Below, in pieces: positions 27,841-39,320 of a stretch of DNA of 64,000 nt. This DNA is from the human T2T-CHM13v2.0 reference genome, Homo sapiens. Under the pieces are notes generated by a model. The model worked only from the letters and a program-made list of their open reading frames with translations, searched no databases and had not been told where the DNA came from. Position 1 is the stretch's first letter. The number at the start of each line of letters is the position of its first letter. Location of the stretch: assembly GCF_009914755.1 (NCBI RefSeq), contig NC_060942.1, one strand, 5' to 3'. Made by a program: the position numbers and the translations under genes.

Positions 27841-28248
27841 TATGTTTCAAAAGTCTGTAATAATTTATCATTTAATATACTATACCTACAGTAATGCTAA
27901 TTGCAGGCATATCAATCAGTCTCCCTGATTTTCTTATTTTTAAAGTGGGGATCAGGGTCTGCTTCTCTGGAATGCTATGAGGATGAAACAATTCCATATG
28001 GTAAAGCTAGCAAGAAATGGACAAAATTCACATGAAATATTGGCATCTCATGTTTCAGAAGGGAGGCTGAAAGGTGCAACTTTTTTTTATGAATACCTCA
28101 AATAATTTTTTTTATGAAGACCTCGAACAATTCTCAGCCCCTATGTTATATGAAAGGGCTTTGTAAATTGTAGAGTGCTATATAAATTCCACCTATTAGT
28201 TTTATCATGAATTAGTCCTGTTACAGGAATCTACTTAGATTTCTTAGT

Positions 28249-28397
28249 TATATATATGTATGTGTGTATATATAGGTGTGTGTGTATATATATATGTGTA
28301 TATATATGTATATATATGTGTGTATATATGTATATATGTGTGTATATATATGTATATATGTGTGTATATATATTTATACATGCACACACATACACAC
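28249..28397. repeat. (TA)n/(TG)n compound microsatellite
   Basis: Read directly from the sequence. Confidence 0.9.
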
Positions 28398-28703
28398 AAA
28401 ACATCAAATTAGAAAAATAAAAATTACATGGTAGGACAGTACTATATTGATCCATGGACACAGAGATTGAACTGTTTAGATGGAGACGACCCTCTAGGCT
28501 TCCTTCTTTAGTATCTTTATCTCAGTCTGAATAGGTGATCTTATCTCTCATTCTCTCAATGTTCACTTTCCCCCAAAGAGACAACTGTGACACTACATCT
28601 CTAGCTCCAAAATCTACTTAGGTTTTAAAGCCTCTTGGAAATCTCTACTTGTGTCCTCCACTGCACTTCAACACATGTTTTTAACTTAAATAATTATAGT
28701 CCC

Positions 28704-29151
28704 AGTTTCTCTAATGACCAGTGATGATGAGCTTAATGTGGCACATATACACCATGGAATACTATGCAGCCATAAAAAAGAATGAGTTCATGTCCTTTGC
28801 AGGGACATGGATGAAGCTAGAAACCATCGTCCTCAGCGAACTAACACAGGAACAGAAAACCATACACCTCATATTCTTACTCACCAGTGGGAGTTGAACA
28901 ATGAGAACACAAGGACACAGGGAGGGGAACATCACACACTGGACCCTGTTGGGGGTGAGGGGAAAGGGAAGGGAGAGCATTATGACAAATACCTAGTGCA
29001 TGCAGGGCTTAAAACCTAGATGACAGGTTGATAGGTGCAGCAAACCATCATGGCACAGGTATTCCTATGTAACAAACCTGCATGTTCAGCACATGTATCC
29101 CAGAACTTAAAGTAAAGAAGAAGAAGAAAAGAAGAAGAAGAAGAGGAGGAG

Positions 29152-29183
<32 letters not shown>

Positions 29184-29405
29184 AGAAGAAGAAGAAGAAG
29201 AAGAAGAAGAAGAAGAAGAAGAAGAAGAAGAAAGAACAAGAAGAGGAGGAAGAGGAAGAAGAAGAAGAAGAAGAAGAAGAAGAAGAAGAAGAAGAAGAAG
29301 AAGAAGAAGAAGAGAAGGAGAAGGAGAAGGAGAAGGAGAAGGAGAAGGAGAAGGAGAAGGAGAAGGAGAAGGAGAAGGAGAAGATTTCATTAAAAAAAAA
29401 AAAGC
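28704..29405 (+). mobile_element. L1PA7/8-like 3' end with 29-bp 5' inversion and expanded tail
   Basis: Antisense tttctctaatgaccagtgatgatgagctt (28706-28734), then sense ORF2 end/3'UTR to gaacttaaagta; exact 15-bp TSD aataattatagtccc (28689-28703 / 29406-29420). Confidence 0.95.
29114..29384 (+). repeat. Polypurine compound repeat (GAA)24...(GAA)19(GAGAAG)12
   Basis: 271 nt of purines with a single C (29237); pure GAA runs at 29161-29232 and 29255-29311, GAGAAG units at 29312-29383. Confidence 0.97.
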
Positions 29406-30859
29406 AATAATTATAGTCCCCTACAAAACTGCTCATCCTTGGTGTCTGCTCAGGCACCCAAATATAAAACCTAGGAACCACCGTCTTCTTTCTTTTGCTC
29501 CTTCTTCCCATCTAATCTGTCCCTCAGTCCAATACATTCCCCTCCATCAGGACTTTGAGACATATCTTCTCCTTTCTCACTGCCATCACCCTAGTTCATG
29601 AACTTTATATCTGTTCCTGGGGTTATCTATTTTCTATGGGCTCCTAACTTGTTTGTTGGTTTTTTCTGTCATTGTAATCCAATCACTCCTAAACAGCAAA
29701 CTCTACATTTCTTAATATAAAATTTATGACCTTGGACAATTTGGCCATAACTTTCCTTCTGCTGTCACTCCTCAAGCATCACAGAGAGGAGTTAGCCATT
29801 ACACCAGGAATTACACCTTCACCCCAGTTCCCCATTCATGCTGTTTCTGCTTCCTAGAATGTCCTGTCACACGGCTCCTGCCTATCAAAACCCTATTCAG
29901 CTTTTAGAGCTCAGCTCAGCTGCCAGTCCTCTGTGAAGTCTTTTCTTTTGTGCCAGCTCCCCAAACTCTCCATGCCCTGCAGAGTGAAGCACCCTTCTTC
30001 TGTGCTTCTGTAACCTTTCATTTACTCCTTTGCCATAGCACTAATTCTTATTTTGGTTCACAATTAGTTGTGTGTTTGTTTTCCTGACTGGATGGTGGCT
30101 TCCTTCAGGACAAGTCGAGAGTCCCATATCGTTCTCTCTCCTGATGTCTAGCACCGTGCCTTAAACACAAATGCTCCAACTCACTCTGAAATGCTGGAGA
30201 ACATGAAGTCAATTTTAGTACTGCTAAAATGCAGTGAAAGTACAACCAAGAATAGAGCTTTTAGCAGGTATGTATATTACAACTGACAACCAAGAAAACT
30301 ATTATATTAGAAAAGTGGGTGATAAAATAATAGAAAGGCTTTCAGAATAATGAACACACATTCTGTCCTAGTTGTGCTTTATTTTATCACAGATTCTAGT
30401 TTAAAAACAAAACATTAAAATATGGTTTGCATCTTATTTCTGCTTAAACCTGGATGCAGCACTCCACTTGCGATGAATAAAAATGGACCATAACCTCATA
30501 AAAATTGAATTTGTAAGATAAAACTTTTTCCTTATATGAGAAAATTTATTTAATTGAACACTAAAGTTCCGCATCTCATGACTATTTATCTATGTAAACT
30601 GAGTCTCAATATTTTTAAAAGCTATTTTAGACTTGAGGTTGTGGATATTGTTTCATGGAGAAATATTACATATATGTCAATTTACAGTACATTTCAGTAC
30701 TTCAGTATGGAAGTAGTCTCTTAATCACAGTGATTGTTTCTGATCTTTTAAAACCACAGGCACATAAATGGCAATTTGATGCTGTCTCACCAATAATGAG
30801 TATGGGCATCTGTATCATAACTCAGTATCTCATGTCACTTCTCAGGAGAAGGAAATTGT

Positions 30860-30970
30860 ATATGTGTGTGTGTGTGCGTGCACATGCACACACATGTATG
30901 TTTATACACATTTATATGTACACTATATATATGTAGGTATATATATATGTACACACACACATATATACTA
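30860..30970. repeat. TG/CA/TA compound simple repeat
   Basis: Read directly from the sequence. Confidence 0.75.
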
Positions 30971-31993
30971 TATTTTCATGCTCAACTATAGTCTCCTCTC
31001 TAAAATATGTTCTCTCTTCTACTTGCTTCCATCTTTTTATAATAAAGTCTGTTGTGGTATCTTATGAAACTTGCCTCACCGCACTACCAATTTCTCAGTA
31101 GCCAATTCTGAGTTTGCGTTCACTTTCAGGCATTTTATCTGCCTTGCTCTGAGAGGTATTATTAATCACATCCTGTTGCTAGGATACCTGAGAATGTTCA
31201 TTTATGTCTGATGTTTCTTTGGCAAAATGCACTATGAAGAAGGCATAGAATCATGACAATGAAAATTACTGTGCACATGCTACTTATTAAAAAAGGGAGG
31301 AAGAGCATAACCACCAGATAATATAATGCTAACTGCCATGAATTTTTTAATATCGTTTTTGTTTCACCTAGATTTTAAAGGAAAAAAAACTCGCAATATT
31401 TTTGGATAATGAGAATCTGTAGTGCTTCTATACTTCCGAGTTAACTAGAAAAAGTGGAAGGTGGTAGGGTTTTGGTTCTGTTCATTTCATAGGGATTTAA
31501 GAGAGGAAGGAGCTTGAAATGCTTCAAATGCTTCCTTTACAGACAGGGTAACTAGGTTATAGTGCTAGTTGATTTGCAGGGCCAGACCTAAAACCCAGGT
31601 CACCACTATTGCCATGTTTAGCTATTTTAATGCAAGATTTTTTAGAAAAGTGGGATGTGGAATTGGACAATAATAGTAAAAAAATGCCTTTATCAATATA
31701 TTAAAATAATTTCAAAATTAGTGCTGTCTTGGGTGCTAGTACACCAAAAATTCCTGCTTATTGGTTGTCATGAGAGAATATGGATACATAAAATCCACCT
31801 CAATGCAAGATTTTCTTAGTCAATTTCTTCCTACAGGAAATAGCATGATATAACAAAAGGAACACGGATTTGGAGTTCGATGGACTAACTTCTCATCCTA
31901 CCCAGGGATGCTTGTGAGCCATGTAATCTGGGAATGAGGTCTTGAGTACCTTCTCATTACATGTGCTTTTTCTTCTCACCTCTTCTCTCTTTC

Positions 31994-32019
31994 GTGTGTG
32001 TGTGTGTGTGTGTGTGTGT
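31994..32019. repeat. (GT)n microsatellite
   Basis: Read directly from the sequence. Confidence 0.9.
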
Positions 32020-32249
32020 ATACACAAGATACGTTTGGCATATCCATAAGCCATATATAATCAGTCTCTAGGTTTTAAAAGTTGCAGGAATAAATTATTT
32101 AAAAAAATTTTCTGCAGACTAGCTTTTTATTAGTCAATTATTGTTTATCAAATTATTTGTTTGAATGAAACAATTTTTTTAACTTATAATTATCTAACCA
32201 CAATGTTTCAGGAGTAAGATACTTGAAAGATCTTGCAATTTTCTTTTTA

Positions 32250-32740
32250 TCAGGTAAGTATTTATTTAGTACCTACTATGAGTTGGGCATTCTATTGACA
32301 CTTAAATATTTCATTTAATTTTCCCAGTAAATGACTTTCATTTTCTGATGGTGAAGGCAGGCTCAGAATCTTTTTTCACATGCACAAGGTTCCAGTTAGT
32401 GAATGTCAGAACTGGAATATGAATCCAGAGATTTTTACCTTTTCTGTGCTTTTTAGCTGTGGTGATTAAGGACAATTTTGTAGAGTGGTGAAAACTTTGA
32501 GTTGTAGCTCTACCACTTGATCACTGTGGGCTGTGGGCACCTCATTTTAATCTAAGGTGAATTGTTTTTTTCTGGAAATGGGAGTAATACAAGTACCTAC
32601 TTCACAGGGTCACTGTGAAGATTAAATAAAATGATGTGTTTAATAATAATCTCTACATGTTTTGAGTGCATAACACAACAATATTTATAATGCTCTCACC
32701 TTGGTGCCTGGGACATAGCAAATAGTACATTGCTAGGTGC
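32250..32740. mobile_element. Two head-to-head MIR fragments
   Basis: Antisense MIR at ~32250-32440 (gaaggcaggctcagaa); sense MIR at ~32450-32740 (aaatgggagtaatacaagtacctacttcacagggtcactgtgaagattaaa). Confidence 0.65.
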
Positions 32741-34439
32741 TCCTCTTTATAAGTATTCTGTATCAGGTTGTCCTTAATAGCATATAATAATTCTTTATAT
32801 CCTTAAGGTCGATGACTTCCATTATGAATATTATAAAGTTGAGACTTTGGGAGTTTTCTGATATGTTTACATCACCTCCCTCTCTTCCCTTCTTTTTGTT
32901 TCCAAGGAAAAAGGGGCTTCCCATTTTAGTGGATTCCCTTTCTCTCATCCTCATGTCCTAACTCTTTTCAAATACAAATTAGTTTGATGAAAACCAAATT
33001 TACATGTCAAAATTCTCCCCAGTTATGAGCTAAGATCATATGATTTTAGGATGCAGGCTTTATGGCTTAAATTCCTATTCACATTTTGGAGTGGCCACCA
33101 ACTGTGGACTGCCAATAGTCTAATGTGGTCTGAAGAGAAAGGGAGAGCTGCTCTAGAAATCAGAGACCTCCCTGCCAGAACTTGTTCTCTTCCACAATTG
33201 GTAGTAGAATCTTGAACAAGTAACTTGGCTCTTGCAAGATTCAATGGTCTATTCATTTAGATAGGTAAATGCTATCTTTCAATAATTCCAAAAGAAATTA
33301 TGCAAACAGGGATGTGAAAGGATTTTATGTACTACATTGTAAGAGGAGGAACAGAGAAGTTTAACTGGGCCAATTTGAAAACCAACTGGTCTGTAGAAGT
33401 CTACATAAAACTGTAGAAACTGCATAGCTTCTGTGTGGTCAATGGTATAAAAGAATGAGGAGTTTATTTTATAATTTATGGCTGGATTCATGCTGCTGAT
33501 TAAACACCAGCCTCCGCAGACATTGAGGATAGCCTCTATATGGCTGTGAATCCTCTCTGCCCTCCTGCAGGTTTAGATAAACTCCACTTGCTCCTGTCTG
33601 TTTCTATTTGCTTAGTTGATATGTTGCTAGGACGCTTAGGCAAAGAGAGCCATTATGAGCACAGCGAGTACTGTGAGCTCCAGACAGTGTGTACTGAGAT
33701 ACAAAAACTGGCCCTTCAGAAACATATCGATACAGATAGATCTGGGCTTCTGAGGTCGGCCATCTGCCTTGGCAGGGCTGACTCTCCATCTGCACTCCCC
33801 AGCCCTGGGGTCTGCCATCCGGCATAGCGTGGAGAAAGCTTGAGAAGGACTGAATGCTCAAAGATTTGCAGGCGGCTGACCTCTCTGTAAAGAAATAGTA
33901 AAATCAGTATGAGAAACAACAGTTTTAGGTTGTCTTGGAAATTCCCAAGTACAAAATTTCTTCCCACTGAGATCTACCCGACAAGCACGTAATTAATGTG
34001 ACAAACAACAGCCCCTTTCAGATTCCCAACATTGGTCTGGCTGAATTAAATCTTAGAGTAAACCTTTTGATATTCAGGATCTCATTCTGAGGCAGTCATT
34101 TCTTGGCAGAGAAGATTTTTGGAAGACCTTTAGAGGTTGAAGTCAGACTGGCAATAGTAAATACCTAATTATTGCCAGGTTTTAAATAGCTTTGCAAAAT
34201 AGGAATGCTAGTCTTAATTGCGTAAGCTGCAGCTACTGACTAAAGGAGGGATGTGAGCATTTGTACTTTCCTCTGAGCATTGAACGTGTTTCTAGTAAGT
34301 TAGGTGTGAGTAGTCACTTTTAAATAATATAATATTCTAAGTGTCTTTGGTGTGTTTATTATATTGAGAAAAACTGGAATGAATTATTTTGTAAAATGAC
34401 AAATCTTTTCATAATGTTTATTCACTCCTGTGCTAGAAA

Positions 34440-34950
34440 AAAATGATAACACATTAAGAGTTAGAGTTTAATTCCCTTCCCCTCGAATCTCTGCAGGCCT
34501 AGTAACTTGCTTACCCAGTCGGATACAGCAGAAATGATGTTTTTCCAATCCCTAAGCTTAGGCCTTGAGCATCAGGCAGCTTCTACTTTCCATCTTTAAA
34601 AACGTGCTCCAGACACCATGTAAGAAATCAGACAACCCTAAGACCACCATGCTGTAAGGAAGCTCTAGCTAACCACACATGGAGGCCACATGGAAAGAGA
34701 GCTGCCTGAACAGTATGTGACCAGCTCCCAGGTGTTCCAGCCATCCCAACCCAGGGACCAGATACGTGGGTCAAGAAACCATTTTAGAAGGAGATTTTCC
34801 AGCTCTAGTCACCTCAGCAAACGCCATGTGGATTTGAGACAAACTGCCCTGCCAGACTTTTCCCAAATCCCTAAGCCACAAAACTGCAAGCAAAATATCA
34901 TTTTTATATCATTAGGTTTTGTCATACTTGGTTACACAGGAATAGTCAAA
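34440..34950 (+). mobile_element. MLT1 (G/H-like) MaLR LTR
   Basis: ccctaagaccaccatgctgtaaggaagctctagctaacca, ccagctcccaggtgttccagcc, cccaaatccctaagccacaaaac. Confidence 0.8.
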
Positions 34951-36099
34951 ACAACGCTTTTCTTTTTTTCATAATGAGAATATTTATTGACATACATATC
35001 AATATATATTGATATTTTTTTTCCTTTGAAGCAGGGCTCACCTAGATTCCTTCTTTCCTAAGAGGGTTTGTTCAATATACCTATAAATATGTTCTATTAT
35101 TCAGCATTTTAGCATCTAAAATTATTCCTTTTCATGAAAAAAGAATAAAGCCTGTTATTAGGAGTGCAGTTAAAGCACAATTTCTATAGATTACTACATA
35201 TTTTGTTTTATTAGAGTTTTACAATTTTACCCTGTAAAGTGGAGTAAAAGTAAAGTGGAGACTTGCCAGTGGTCCAGCACATCAGAACTTGTAAACCATC
35301 AATTGGGGTACCCATTTGAAACAATGACATTAAAATATGTATCTAGGCTTCGAAAACTTTACCATATATTGTTAGAATTATGTAGAAATCCTCTGAACTG
35401 AAACACTCAAAAGATTCAACACAATTTATGGTAAATAATTTAAAATAGTCTTATTTTCCCTGGGTAGATTTACTTCTAAAGGATCAATTAGTGGAATCTA
35501 TATTGAATTAAGAGTTTTAATATTATTTAGAGTTAATTTTCTGTATGAAGGCAACAACGGGAAGCATTTCATTAGGAAAGGTAATGATATGAGTCCAAAC
35601 AGAATCTATGCTTGTGAAGTCTGAGTTTGTTCACTTTAAATAGCAATTTATGTGGCTAATGAACACACAATCCTGCCTAGATTTTCATCTGGGGGAAACA
35701 AGGACATTTCATTGCTCTTTTTCCCCACACTCTTAATCATCATCTCATTAGCTTGTGGAGAAAACTGGTGGAGGCCAGAGGTGAGCTTTATTTTCTTCTT
35801 TGAGATGTCAGTACAGGTTTTAATCCCGCTAGCCCCAAGTTTTTCCTTTTTTATCTTGAAAATATCCTCTTCACACTCATCTTTTCCTTCACATTGACCC
35901 ACGTCAAAGGTTTGGGCCTCAGACATTCAGGGAAGCCGATATTTCATGGATAGAAGGAAGAAAACATGAAAAGTATGTTTAGATCAGTGGATATTGATTA
36001 ATTGCTTTCAGGCCTTTACAGGCTACTTTGTAAGCTTGTAAAGACTATCCCCCATAAACTTGGTTGAATGGAGTTTACTAGGAAAATTGTTAATTGTCT

Positions 36100-36620
36100 A
36101 GTTCATTTTAGGTGTAGAAGAGGCTCCCCACCACTTGGGCACTTAGGAGAAAACAACCAGAGCACATCTTGTTGAGTGTCTATTATGTGAGAGACAGAAA
36201 GATAGGTACTTAATGTCTGCAACGCTATTGTAAAAAGTAAACAAGAAATTCACAGTCAAGGTTCAGGGAGGGGCCCTAGAGAAGAGGCTGTGGACTGGTG
36301 CAACTGCTAGGGCCTTCAAGTGGGGGCTGGAAGTGGGCCTGTACCTAATAATAGAGACATGGAGGAAGAGACACTCCAGGAGTGAAGAGAAATATTGTCT
36401 GAATGCCTAAGGCAACAAGCTATTTTCTGGAAAAATCTTTTATTAGTGTTCAGTGTGAATTGCTGACTTCAGAAAAAGCAAGCCAGGCACTGGCACAGTG
36501 CAGCTCACCAGAAGGGCGGGAAGTAGGGTACTCCAGGGAGTGGGTGCGGGTGAGCTCCAGGAAGGAGAGTGGGAATGTTGAAAAGAGGGTCCCAACTAGA
36601 TGCAGTCACTGAGAGCTAAG
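36100..36620 (-). mobile_element. L2 fragment
   Basis: ttgttgagtgtctattatgtg antisense 3' end followed by a purine-rich L2 body. Confidence 0.5.
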
Positions 36621-36854
36621 ATTTGCACAAGACTAAGAATTTGGCATTGTCAGGGAAGGGCAGTAACTTTCTAGCTTTATTTACTGTGAAAAACACAACT
36701 GAGTGCCTGTCCACAGTCCATTCTCCTCTTTTTCTACTCTGGTACCCAACCCTCTTCTCACATGACATGCATAAAACATGTAAACTAATCATCGTGGTCC
36801 CCATCTCCCTTAGTTTAGGTGGTCATTTGACATTTCTGGCTAATGACATGTACA

Positions 36855-36982
36855 TTTATTTATTTAGAGATGAGGTCTCACTATGTTGAGCAGGCTAAAC
36901 TCAAATTCCTGGGCTCAAGCAATCTTCCTGCCTCAGCCTCCCAAGTAGCTGGGATTACAGGCATGTGCCATCACATCCAGCT
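36855..36982 (-). mobile_element. FLAM/free Alu monomer
   Basis: Single antisense Alu arm with ttta tail. Confidence 0.88.
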
Positions 36983-37114
36983 ATAGGTGAGATGAATTCT
37001 GTTGAAGAACTTCATTAAAAGATTTTTCTTGCCAATAAAAAGACACGCATGGGAGAAACCATCTCCTTTTCTTTCAGTGCATGTTGTCACATCTGGGCAT
37101 GATGACTGGTTCTT

Positions 37115-37198
37115 GACCTACACTGGTTCTTGAGGAGAGTAAAGATCACCTGGTGGCCACAAGCAGATCATCTGGAGGCAAAACTCCTTATCTGAGGA
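37115..37198 (+). repeat. 84-bp local direct copy of 37825-37909
   Basis: 6 substitutions and 1 indel relative to the downstream copy; spans the ERV1 LTR 5' end and ~16 bp of preceding sequence. Confidence 0.9.
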
Positions 37199-37840
37199 CA
37201 AAATCAACTCACTTCAAGAATGACTGAGGGGAACACACCCCAAGGATGAAGTCACCAAGCCTCTGAATTAATGCACCACGGGACCACCCTGCATCAGGTT
37301 TTCTTGTTATGTGTTATTTAACCTTTTTGGGTATAAGTTCAAGTTTTTGGTTACTTGTAGCTGAAAGCATACACAAGCCAACTACAAAAATAATATTCAA
37401 TGCTAAATACACTAGGAATAAAATCTAAAGGAAAGAGCATTGCCTTTAAGACAGTTCCAAAAATTGTAGGCGTGAGACTCTTCCCCAGCCAGGCACTGTA
37501 CTTTAGAGGATCTTCTCTTGCTCTCTTTCACACACATCACTTTCACAGAAGGTGAGGAGGGCCCAGGTGTCTGTATATGGCATCCACACCTTTCCTAGAC
37601 CATGCACTGAGTACCTGGGATGCCAGAATTCTCTGACCTAACTCTGCCCAGATCAGATCTCTGGAGGAGGGGACCAGATTGCATCATTGGTGTGTAGGCT
37701 CCAAGGCCCGAGGAGTGTTCAAAGGATTCCTGGGGCTTTGATGTGTGTATCAATGGCCCCAGTGCACGTGCATGAGGCCCCTTGCAATGCTGGAGGGACT
37801 GTGATGAAGGCAGAAAGAAAAGGGGACCTACACTTGTTCT

Positions 37841-39043
37841 CGATGAGAGCAAAGATCACCTGGTGGCCATCAAGCAGGTCATCTAGAGGCAAAACTCCTT
37901 ATCTGAGGAATTCAGAAGTAATTAGACTTCTAGAATTTCTATACATTTCTGGAATGCAAGCATGTCGAAACCCATTGTACAACCTTTGCCGACATAAAGG
38001 CACCAAAACATCCACAAATGTTAATCATTTCTCATGACCAATGTGACTAATATGGTCCAAATCACCCTTCAGCTCCTGCGTTAAGTCCACAAATACCCCT
38101 ACGGAAGATCCAACTGGGCACACTCAGTCCTCTCTTACTGAAGCTGCACTCTGCTGCAGCGTTCCTCCTATCTAATAAAACATTCCTCTTCAAACTTATA
38201 CTGTTGTTTGGTCAATTCTTTTTTTTTATTATTATACTTTAAGTTCTAGGGTACATATGCACAATGTGCAGGTTTGTTACATGTGTATACATGTGCCATG
38301 TTGGTGTGCTGCACCCATTAACTTGTCATTTACATTAGGTATATCTCCTAATGCTATCCCTCCCACCTCCCCCCACCCCATGACAGGCACTGGTGTGTGA
38401 TGTTCCCCTTCCTTTGTCCAAGTGTTCTCATTGTTCAATTCCCACCTATGAGTGAGAACACGTGGTGTTTGGTTTTCTCTCCTTGCGATAGTTTGCTGAG
38501 AATGATGGTTTCCAGCTTCATCCATGTCCCCACAAAGGACATGAACTCATCCTTTTTTCTGGCTGCATAGTATTCCATGGTGTATATGTGCCACATTTTC
38601 TTATCCAGTCTATCATTGTTGGACATTTGGGTTGGTTCCAAGTCTTTCCTATTGTGAATAGTGCTGCAATAAACACACGTATGCATGTGTCTTTATAGCA
38701 GCATGATTTATAATCCTTTGGGTATATACCCAGTAATGGGATGGCTGGGTCAAATGGTATTTCTAGTTCTAGATCCTTGAGGAATCGCCACACTGTCTTC
38801 CACAATGGTTGAACTAGTTTACAGTCCCACCAACAGTGTAAAAGTGTTCCTATTTCTCCACATCCTCTCCAACACCTGTTGTTTCCTGACTTTTTAATGA
38901 TCGCCATTCTAACTGGTGTGAGTTGCTATCTCATTGTGGTTTTGATTTGCATTTCTCTGATGGCCAGTAATGATGAGTCAATTCTTTTTACTGCCGGGAG
39001 CCAACCACTCTTTGCTGCCAGGGCTCTGACACCTCACCTGGTA
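37841..39043 (+). mobile_element. ERV1-class solo LTR interrupted by L1PA
   Basis: gagagcaaagatcacctggtg...gcaaaactccttatctgaggaattcagaagtaattagacttc; AATAAA at 38174; U5 resumes after the L1 (tttactgccgggagccaaccact...ctctgacacctcacctggta); possible 5-bp TSD gttct/ggtct. Confidence 0.8.
38224..38976 (-). mobile_element. 5'-truncated L1PA4/5-like element
   Basis: ORF 38518-38907 is the L1 ORF2p C-terminus ([27 protein letters not shown]); 3'UTR and tail present; exact 13-bp TSD gtcaattcttttt (38211-38223 / 38977-38989). Confidence 0.97.
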
Positions 39044-39149
39044 GGTCTCTTGCCTCAGGCCCAGCAATTACAGGGGCAGGTGTGTCATGACAAAACACCA
39101 AGGGTAGTTCCTGGGAGAAGGCACAGAGATGACTAGCACACATGCATTG

Positions 39150-39320
39150 TCTCACTGGATTCTCAGCTCAGTCCCAGGGGAAAGAAGGGGGAAATATTTT
39201 GTCCATAGCTTGTAAATAAGAAATAGAGACTCAGAGAGGTAAACTTGCCCAAGATTACCCAGTAAACATTAGATTCTGGATTAGAATCCAGGGCTTTCAC
39301 AAATCACACTGTTTACCACA
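39150..39320 (-). mobile_element. MIR
   Basis: aaataagaaatagagactcagagaggtaaacttgcccaagattaccca MIR core. Confidence 0.75.

Larger units (their letters stand above)
28530..30180 (+). mobile_element. L2 fragment interrupted by the L1PA insertion
   Basis: L2 sequence continues across the L1 TSD and ends tctagcaccgtgcct. Confidence 0.65.
36700..37372 (+). mobile_element. MLT1J/K-like MaLR LTR containing a FLAM and an 84-bp foreign insert
   Basis: ggtggtcatttgacatttctggctaatgacatgta; 3' end ttttcttgttatgtg...ggttacttgtagctgaaagcat. Confidence 0.7.

Noticed and set aside
29016-29511. Four ORFs of 63-134 aa (poly-R/K, poly-S/L/F)
   Set aside because: Translations of the GAA/GAGAAG microsatellite, which lacks stop codons.
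38277-38907. ORFs with clear protein similarity (129, 83 and 82 aa)
   Set aside because: Frameshifted ORF2/3'UTR of a 5'-truncated L1; not a host gene.
38951-38977. Box D-like CTGA and box C-like TGATGA motifs suggesting a snoRNA
   Set aside because: Wrong order and spacing for a C/D snoRNA, and fully explained by antisense L1 consensus.
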